A DNA stretch of 42,989 nt from an uncultured Ruminococcus sp. (lineage in GTDB: Bacteria > Bacillota > Clostridia > Oscillospirales > Acutalibacteraceae). Location of the stretch: the NCBI GenBank assembly GCA_902801055.1, contig CADCGS010000002.1, positions 1 through 42,989 of the forward strand. The letters are read 5' to 3'. Both the position numbers and the translations under genes were made by a program. Within the stretch, counting starts at the first letter, position 1, and every line of letters starts with the position of its first letter. Positions 10,072 to 17,068 of the stretch are shown here, in pieces. The notes under the pieces were generated by a model, which saw only the letters and a program-made list of their open reading frames with translations, ran no database searches and had not been told where the DNA came from.

Positions 10072-10213
10072 GGCAATACCGCACATAGACAGTACCGCAG
10101 ATGCGCCGCCTGAGTGCATGACAGCACTGGGAAAGTGTTTCGTATCATAGTATTTCATAGTTTTGTATAAAAGCTGCGAGATCCTGCACCTGCATCTTGC
10201 CGGCGGTGTTGCC
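10072..10213. repeat. Copy 3 of the MITE/REP-like element (about 142 nt)
   Basis: ggcaataccgcacatagacagtaccgcagatgcgccgcc ... ctgcacctgcatcttgccggcggtgttgcc. Confidence 0.7.
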
Positions 10214-10697
10214 GTTATTCCGCTGACTGATGTTGAAATAATTGTATTGTATTTTCAGCTATATTTTTTGTTCATAATATCTGTACAGTACAATTCTACT
10301 ATATTTTACAAATATAGTCAATTAGCATTCTATAATTTCATCATTTTGCACAAAGATTAGTAATGTATTCTCACTTTTATAAAAATAAAGCGGCATTTTG
10401 CCATTATTTTTTATTCCCCGGCATTTTTCACCTTCGTCCCTTTTTTTCCGACCGCAGATATGTCAATTCTGCATACATTAAACACCGTACAGTGACAGCA
10501 TGACACCTCAGGGCTGTCTTTGGACGGCATTGTTTTTTCAAAAAGATCTATATAGCAATTCTACCATTTTTATCTGATAGAATCAACTAATATTTGTTCA
10601 CAAATACCCGAAATATGTATATTTTAAGAAAAGTTCAACAACAAAAATTCCAATTCAGAAATATCCGCCTTTTTGCATAGTGAAATAAACATAAATA

Positions 10698-10730
10698 GAA
10701 AAAGCCGGAGCTTTTTCACCAGCTCCGGCT
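10698..10730 (-). terminator. Rho-independent terminator downstream of the anti-sigma kinase gene
   Basis: agccggagct / agctccggct 10-bp stem. The A-run on the plus strand gives a U-tract on the minus transcript. Confidence 0.65.
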
Positions 10731-10751
10731 TCTGTATTTTTATGCAGCCGC

Positions 10752-11165
10752 TCACTTATCAAGCAGCTTTATGATCGTCAGCACATTCTGACCGTCCTCA
10801 TATTTATATGCGACCTCATCCATAAGCTTCTTTACAAGAAAGATGCCCAGCCCCCCGATCCGTCTTTTTTCGGCTGAAAGCGTGATATCCGGATCCTCCT
10901 TTGCAAGTGGGTCATAGGGCTCGCCGCTGTCACGGAAGGTTATAGCAATAGCCGGCGGATCCGTCGTTACCTCTGTTTCGATAACAGCATCTCCCTCAGA
11001 ATCCGGATAGGCGTAATGGGCAATATTTACGAATATCTCCTCTGCCGCTATCTCTATCCGGGACAAAGCCTTGGGATCATCCGCGAGACATTCATTCTGT
11101 CCGATAAAATCGATCACCCTTTTAAGATTCTCCGTTACCGCCCTGACAGAAATACTGTTTTTCAT
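10752..11165 (-). CDS. RsbW/SpoIIAB-like anti-sigma factor serine kinase (HATPase_c)
   Basis: 137 aa with ...NIAHYAY...FRDSGEPYDPL...GGLGIFLVKKLMDEV. A 4-nt overlap links it to the upstream phosphatase gene. Confidence 0.75.
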   Translation of the reverse strand: MKNSISVRAVTENLKRVIDFIGQNECLADDPKALSRIEIAAEEIFVNIAHYAYPDSEGDAVIETEVTTDPPAIAITFRDSGEPYDPLAKEDPDITLSAEKRRIGGLGIFLVKKLMDEVAYKYEDGQNVLTIIKLLDK

Positions 11166-12808
11166 TGTTTTTCGCCCCCTCCGTGATATTCAAAGCACAT
11201 CATCGTAAGATCGTCAAACTGCTCCGCATCCTTTACGAAGCTATCAACAGAGCTGCGAACATTCTGCAGTAATTTTTCAGGTCCTGCATCAGGCTGTTCA
11301 TTCAGGGCAGCAAGCATCCTGTCCGTACCGAAAAGCTCTTTTCCGGCGTTTGTCGCCTCGGGAACGCCGTCCGTATAGAGGAACAGCTTTGAGCCGGGTT
11401 CAAGCATGATCTCATACTGCCTGTACCTCATGCCATCCATGCCGCCGATGACAAAGCCGTGCTTATCCTTATACAGCTCAAATGCGCCGCCCTGTTGAAG
11501 CACCGGAAATTCATGGCCGGCATTTGCTGCGGTCAGCTTTCCGGAGGAGATCTCGACTATCCCGAGCCATACGGTCACGAACATATCCTCCTGATTTCTG
11601 GAGCATATAGCCGCATTTGCCGCTGAAAGTATCTCAGACGGGGATCTGCCCATTTTTGCATAATTGGCAAGAACGATCTTCGTAGCCATCATGAACAGCG
11701 CCGCGGGCACACCCTTTCCTGAAACATCCGCCATTACCATACAGAGATGATCGTCATCCACGAAGAAGAAATCGTAGAAATCTCCGCCGACCTCCTTTGC
11801 GGGGGTCATGGATGCATAAATATCAAATTCCTTTCTGTCCGGGAACGGCGGGAAAACGGACGGCAGCATATTTGCCTGTATTTTTGCTGCAAGCGAAAGC
11901 TCCGTACTGATACGTTCCTTTTCCGCCGTGATCCTCGTAAGATCCTCAACATATGAAATGATCTTTTCCTCCATCCTGTCAACAGAGGCGGCAAGATGGC
12001 CGATCTCATCCCTGTTTCTGACCTTATCCCGGAGCTTTGTACCGCAAAGGGTATTTTCCTTTGAAAAGCGCGCCGTTTCGTCTGCGATCCTTTTGAGCGA
12101 CTTGAGAAGTACCATATGCAGATAAAACGACTGTCCTATTATTACAAGGACTGCCAGAGCGATAAGGACGAAAAGCACCCTGCCTACATATGTATTGCGA
12201 ACCTTTACGAGGGATTCCATCTGTCTCTGCACGCAGAGGATAGCCGTTGTTCTGCCGCTGCTGTCTTTAAGCGGTATCATAGCGGTGATATGCGGGTCAG
12301 TTTCGATATAGCCCTTGTCTCTTATCACCATTTCCTTATCAGATCTGCCCTCGCAAAGCAATCTGTATTTTTCACGATACTCGTCATTTGTGGTATCGCG
12401 GACAAATCCGAATTCATAGCTTTCAAAGCCGCTGTTATTATTTATCGTTGAGAAGATGAATTTTATATGCTTGTAATCACTGCGGTCAGGACGTATCACA
12501 TATATAAATGTAACGCCCGAGGTATTGCACAGGGTTTCCATCCTGTTCCATGCATCAAGATACTCCTCTGTCTTGCCGCCACTTTCCTCATATGCATCCA
12601 TTCTGTCGGCATCTATACAGGTCACCGCTGCTGTACCGGCAGTATAGAAGGCATCATCCGAATACTGTTCAAGCAGAGCCTCGGTAAAGCTGTTGTATCC
12701 GAGAATACTGACTATTACCGAAAAGATCGCCAGAATAGCAACTATACCGGAAACGCTTTTGACTACAACACCTATTCCTCTTCTTTTGTTTTCACGTTTC
12801 TTTTTCAT
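11162..12808 (-). CDS. Membrane sensor, HAMP and PP2C (SpoIIE/RsbU-type) phosphatase
   Basis: MKKKRENKRRGIGVV plus a TM segment, an extracellular domain and a second TM segment. HAMP-like LKRIADETARF is followed by PP2C motifs GGDFYDFF, MVMADVSGKGVPAALFM, YTDGVPEA and DDLTMMCF. The start is taken at the ATG at 12808. Confidence 0.85.
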   Translation of the reverse strand: MKKKRENKRRGIGVVVKSVSGIVAILAIFSVIVSILGYNSFTEALLEQYSDDAFYTAGTAAVTCIDADRMDAYEESGGKTEEYLDAWNRMETLCNTSGVTFIYVIRPDRSDYKHIKFIFSTINNNSGFESYEFGFVRDTTNDEYREKYRLLCEGRSDKEMVIRDKGYIETDPHITAMIPLKDSSGRTTAILCVQRQMESLVKVRNTYVGRVLFVLIALAVLVIIGQSFYLHMVLLKSLKRIADETARFSKENTLCGTKLRDKVRNRDEIGHLAASVDRMEEKIISYVEDLTRITAEKERISTELSLAAKIQANMLPSVFPPFPDRKEFDIYASMTPAKEVGGDFYDFFFVDDDHLCMVMADVSGKGVPAALFMMATKIVLANYAKMGRSPSEILSAANAAICSRNQEDMFVTVWLGIVEISSGKLTAANAGHEFPVLQQGGAFELYKDKHGFVIGGMDGMRYRQYEIMLEPGSKLFLYTDGVPEATNAGKELFGTDRMLAALNEQPDAGPEKLLQNVRSSVDSFVKDAEQFDDLTMMCFEYHGGGEKQ

Positions 12809-12938
12809 AACACACGATCCTAAATACAATATCCGGCTGATCATAACAAACAGTCGCGAAAAAACCGACTTGTATCCGGAACACCGGTATACCAAAACAG
12901 GGACTGTCAGCAGACAGCCCCTGTATTTTGTCAGGTTA

Positions 12939-13008
12939 TATTTACCGCACAAAGATAGTGCCACAGATATGGCGCTGAGCCGATAGGCGGTCTTTGTGTG
13001 GTGCTGCC
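12939..13008. repeat. Copy 4, a short (about 70-nt) form of the MITE/REP-like element
   Basis: taccgcacaaagatagtgccacagatatggcgc ... aggcggtctttgtgtggtgctgcc. Confidence 0.65.
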
Positions 13009-13019
13009 ATAGCCTCCTA

Positions 13020-14030
13020 TCAGAATTTGCCTTCCTTGGCAGCCTCTTCGATGCTTACTGCAACTGCAACAGTAGCGCCGACCATCGGGTTGTTGCCCAT
13101 ACCGATAAGACCCATCATTTCAACGTGAGCCGGAACTGAGCTGGAGCCTGCGAACTGTGCGTCGGAGTGCATACGACCCATAGTATCGGTCATGCCGTAG
13201 GAAGCAGGACCTGCAGCCATATTGTCGGGATGAAGTGTACGGCCTGTGCCGCCGCCTGATGCAACTGAGAAGTACTTCTTGCCCTGCTCGTTACATTCCT
13301 TCTTATATGTGCCTGCAACAGGATGCTGGAAACGTGTCGGGTTGGTGGAGTTACCTGTGATGGAAACGCCGACGTGCTCATGATGCATGATCGCAACGCC
13401 TTCCTGAACATCATCTGCGCCATAGCATTTAACTGTAGCGCGCAGACCTGTTGAATAGGGCTTCTCATATACTACATTGAGTGTAGCGGTCTTGTAATCG
13501 TACTTTGTCTCTACATATGTAAAGCCGTTGATTCTGGAGATGATCTGAGCAGCGTCCTTGCCGAGACCGTTGAGGATAACTCTCAGCGGCTTCTGACGAA
13601 CCTTGTTTGCCTTTTCTGCGATACCTATAGCACCCTCAGCGGCAGCGAAAGATTCATGTCCTGCAAGGAAGCAGAAGCACTCTGTCTCCTCCTCGAGCAG
13701 CATCTTGCCGAGGTTACCGTGGCCGAGTCCGACCTTTCTGTGGTCAGCAACGGAGCCGGGGATACAGAAAGCCTGTAAGCCTTCGCCGATAGCAGCAGCG
13801 GCGTCAGCAGCTCTCTTGCAGCCCTTCTTGATCGCGATAGCTGCGCCTACAGTGTAAGCCCAGCATGCGTTCTCAAAGCAGATAGGCTGGATCTTCTTTA
13901 CCTGTGCATATACATCAAGACCTGCGTCCTTTGTGATTTTTTCAGCCTCCTCAACGGAAGCGATGCCATAGCTGTTAAGCACGGCATTGATCTGGTCAAT
14001 TCTTCTTTCATATGATTCAAACAGAGCCAT
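13020..14030 (-). CDS. GGGtGRT family protein (function unknown)
   Basis: 336 aa with the signature SVASGGGTGRTLHPD at aa 259-265 (nt 13236-13256). The length and motif fit my recollection of the Pfam GGGtGRT family. Confidence 0.8.
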   Translation of the reverse strand: MALFESYERRIDQINAVLNSYGIASVEEAEKITKDAGLDVYAQVKKIQPICFENACWAYTVGAAIAIKKGCKRAADAAAAIGEGLQAFCIPGSVADHRKVGLGHGNLGKMLLEEETECFCFLAGHESFAAAEGAIGIAEKANKVRQKPLRVILNGLGKDAAQIISRINGFTYVETKYDYKTATLNVVYEKPYSTGLRATVKCYGADDVQEGVAIMHHEHVGVSITGNSTNPTRFQHPVAGTYKKECNEQGKKYFSVASGGGTGRTLHPDNMAAGPASYGMTDTMGRMHSDAQFAGSSSVPAHVEMMGLIGMGNNPMVGATVAVAVSIEEAAKEGKF

Positions 14031-14034
14031 TTTA

Positions 14035-14726
14035 TTACTCCTTTCTGGGGTCGATGATCTTTGCAGCGTCAGCTACGCGGCCGTACTGACCCTTAGCCTT
14101 TTCCCAAGCCTCATTCGGGCTGTCACCGTTTTTGATGAAATCTGTCATCTTGCCGAGGCTTACGAACTGATAGCCGATAACCTCATCATTTTCGTCGAGT
14201 GCGATGCCTGTTACATAGCCCTCTGCCATTTCAAGATAACGAACGCCCTTAGCCTTGGTAGCATACATTGTACCGACCTGTGACCTCAGACCCTTGCCAA
14301 GATCCTCAAGACCTGCACCTACTGCAAGTCCGTCATCGGAGAATGCGCTCTGGCTTCTGCCGTATACGATCTGGAGGAAAAGCTCACGCATAGCGGTATT
14401 GATAGCGTCGCATACAAGGTCAGTATTAAGAGCCTCAAGGATAGTCTTACCCTGGAGAACCTCTGCTGCCATAGCTGCGGAATGAGTCATACCGGAGCAG
14501 CCGATAGTCTCGACCAGTGCCTCTTCGATAATACCGTTCTTGATATTAAGCGAAAGCTTACAGGCTCCCTGCTGGGGTGCGCACCAACCGATACCGTGTG
14601 TGAAACCGGAGATATCTCCGATTTCCTTGGCATGAACCCACTTACCCTCTTCAGGATCGGAGCCGGCTCATGCTTTGCGCCCTTTGCCACAGGGCACATA
14701 AGTTCAACCTCTTTTGTGTAAATCAT
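14035..14726 (-). pseudogene. NifU/IscU-like Fe-S scaffold-type protein, partner of the GGGtGRT gene, with a 1-nt frameshift
   Basis: AGGAG RBS plus the ATG at 14726 gives MIYTKEVELMCPVAKGAKHEPAP. Around 14650-14665 the protein-like reading moves to another frame (PEEGKWVHAKEIGDISGFTHGIGWCAPQQGACKLSLNIKNGIIEEALVETIGCSGMTHSAAMA...) and continues into ORF 14035-14490. Confidence 0.75.
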
Positions 14727-14825
14727 TTTGATCTCCTTTCGTTTATCTGTTTAAAAAAACAGAAGATATGAGATTTAGAAAATTGAATATAACTCAGCGG
14801 TGGTGTTTTCCACCCTGACAAAATA

Positions 14826-14854
14826 ATTATACCTTTTTTTTATGCAGATTTCAA
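14826..14854 (-). promoter_or_regulatory. Sigma-70-type promoter, TTGAAA-17 nt-TATAAT, for the NifU-like/GGGtGRT operon
   Basis: The minus strand reads ttgaaa tctgcataaaaaaaagg tataat, about 100 nt upstream of the ATG at 14726. Confidence 0.5.
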
Positions 14855-14974
14855 GGATTTATTGTAAATTTTTATAATAATTTATTGTAAATCAATAATG
14901 CCCCTCCTCTGCCCTGCCTGGAGCTTTGCCCCATGTCTCGCCTGCCGGCTCGGTCGGCGCTTCTCAGCCTGCGC

Positions 14975-15120
14975 CGGCGTGCCGCCGGTGTCAATTCGCG
15001 GTGCGTGCCCGCACTGGGCAATTCGCGTAATCGTTCGCTCCGCTCACTCTGCACTCGTAAGGAAACTTTGTAACCCGCGACCGGAGTTACAGTCACGGGG
15101 AACAAAACGGAAAGTTTAGG
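14975..15120. repeat. GC-rich repeat module, the reverse-orientation homologue of 172-290
   Basis: The reverse complement reads cctaaactttccgttttgttcccc...cgcgggttacaaagtttcctt...acgattacgcgaattgcccagtgcgggcacgcac, matching 172-290. Confidence 0.65.
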
Positions 15121-15256
15121 TCAAGCCCATTTAAAGGCTTGCGGTTTCCAAAGGGCGCGGGTGAATACTTTAATTATTTTTAATAATTTTAATAATTATG
15201 TTAAAAAACGGTCAAAATTATTTCTGATATTTAACATATTTACAAAATTGTTTTAA

Positions 15257-15369
15257 GGCAACACCGCACAAAGATAGTGCCGCAGATGCGCCGTCTATTT
15301 TTTCGTCAGAATGTGCAAAACGAGCGCAGTTAACCTGACGGTTATCAAGCGAGTTTGTGCGGTGTTGCC
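15257..15369. repeat. Copy 5, a compact 113-nt unit of the MITE/REP-like element flanked by TTAA on both sides
   Basis: ggcaacaccgcacaaagatagtgccgcagatgcgccg...gagtttgtgcggtgttgcc, with ttaa at 15253-15256 and 15370-15373. Confidence 0.85.
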
Positions 15370-16877
15370 TTAAATTCATATCCTATATCGAACCCAATTC
15401 CTTCTCCTATGATTATTCTGACAACAGAGTAGTCGGCGGAACTCTTATCTGCTCCGACAATAATATCACAAAGCTCTACAGCAAAGGCTATTCATCGCTT
15501 GAATTATTCGACTGCAGCAATAATAAGCTGTCCGACCTTTGCAAACTCAGCTTCATCGCCAACAAGAGCAGAGAATATATCTACGATGAAAACAGATATG
15601 AGGAATTTCAGCTCGGCGGAACTCTCAATTGCTCAAATAATGAACTGACATATCTTGATATGACAAAGTTCACTAATCTCGGCGATGCAAATGTCAGCAA
15701 CAACCATCTTGCATCGCTTGATGTAACCAAAGAAAACTCGCCTATCCTCAGATCAATTGATTACTCTGATCAGACTATCTATGCAGATCAGCTGAAATGT
15801 AAAATGGCTCTCAGCTCTCTGCCGGGAGGAAACAAGGCTGATCCCACAAAGATAGAAACAAATGCTGATAGTTTTACCGGCGCTGAATTTGACGGAGAAA
15901 ACTTCTATACAAATCCCACAAACAGCTTTGAATACTACTATCACACAGGTGTACCGCTCACATAATCCAATATCTACGACCCCGAAGAACCCATTATAAT
16001 ATGCAGTGCTTGCAATCTTGTCTCAACCTGCTCAGGAGCAGGCTCTGTTGACGATGAAAACGACAGCAGTAACTATGATATAATGACCGTAACAGTTGTT
16101 GCAGGAAGCAGCAGCGGCGAACAGCCCGCTTATGATGATACCGGAGTATTATGGTCACACTGCGATCTCCGGCACCTCGATGCAAAAGACGCTTCTTATA
16201 CCGAGGAAGGCAATATTGACTGCTGGTACTGCTCTGCCTGCGGAAGATATTACAGCGATGAAAACGGCTATGAAGAGATCAGCCGCGAAACAGCTGTGAT
16301 CCCGAAGCTTGAATCCACACTCAAAAACAAATCCTATGTAAGCTCGACAAATATTACTCTCGGTCAGAAGGTAAAGCTTACCGCAGTTGCCGAGGGCGGC
16401 ACAGAGCCTTATACATATGCACTTATGTACAAGAAGGCGACCTCCTCCACATGGACAAAGATCGGTACAAAATACGGCACTGAACCGACCGGCTCCTTCA
16501 AGCCCGGCAAGGCTGTTCCCTATGATGTCAAGATCAATGTCAAGGACAGCACAGGCAAGATAAAATCCAAGACCTTCAGGATCAATGTGACTGCTCCGCT
16601 GAAAAACACATCCACCGTTTCCGCAGAAACCGTAAAGGTCGGCGAAAAGGTTACGCTCAGCGCTTCAGCGACCGGCGGCACAGAGCCGTATACATATGCA
16701 CTTATGTATAAGAAATCATCCTCTTCCACATGGACAAAGATCGGCACAAAATACGGCACCGAATCGACCGGCTCCTTCAAGCCCGGCAAGGCTGTTCCCT
16801 ATGATATCATGATAAATGTCAAGGACAGCACAGGCAAGATAAAATCCAAGTCCTTCACACTTAACATAACAAAATAA
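15357..16877 (+). pseudogene. Remnant LRR / Cys-rich / 2x Y_Y_Y-like surface protein: 5'-truncated at the MITE and carrying one in-frame TAA
   Basis: ORFs 15357-15965 (LRR-like NNKLSDL / NNELTYLDM / NNHLASLDV) and 16083-16877 are in the same frame. Only TAA at 15963-15965 separates them; the 39 intervening codons are all sense. There is no signal peptide, and the only upstream start (GTG) lies inside the repeat. Confidence 0.75.
16320..16874 (+). repeat. Two tandem units of about 275 nt encoding the Y_Y_Y-like (PYTYALMYKK...W...FKPGKAVPYD) domain
   Basis: The units resemble each other and the two units at 19028-19582. Identical runs of 31 nt occur, for example catggacaaagatcggcacaaaatacggcac. 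Confidence 0.8.
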
Positions 16878-16932
16878 GGACAGTACAAAGCCGTAATAAC
16901 AGCATAGTCTGAGCTTTGATACAGATCATTAT

Positions 16933-16965
16933 GTCAGCCCGTCAAATGCGGGCTGACATTTTTCC
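16933..16965 (+). terminator. Rho-independent terminator
   Basis: gtcagcccg / cgggctgac stem followed by attttt. Confidence 0.7.
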
Positions 16966-17068
16966 CGGAAAGCAGAAATTAATTCCTTATGATTATTGTA
17001 ATTATCCCTTATATATGTTAAACTTTAAATAATAAATTTATTGATAATTATACTAAGGAGGTATCTCT

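Noticed and set aside
14650-14665. Programmed ribosomal frameshift in the NifU-like gene.
   Set aside because: There is no X XXY YYZ slippery heptamer. There is no zero-frame stop or upstream SD-like stimulator as in prfB, and the zero frame stays open for about 55 more codons. A simple 1-nt deletion or sequencing error is more parsimonious.
14975-15060. c-di-GMP-I riboswitch, because of GCACUGGGCAAU, which resembles GCACAGGGCAAACC.
   Set aside because: The second conserved half (GACGCAAAGCC...CCGG) is absent. The segment lies upstream of the promoter of the adjacent operon and is part of a repeat also found at 172-290.
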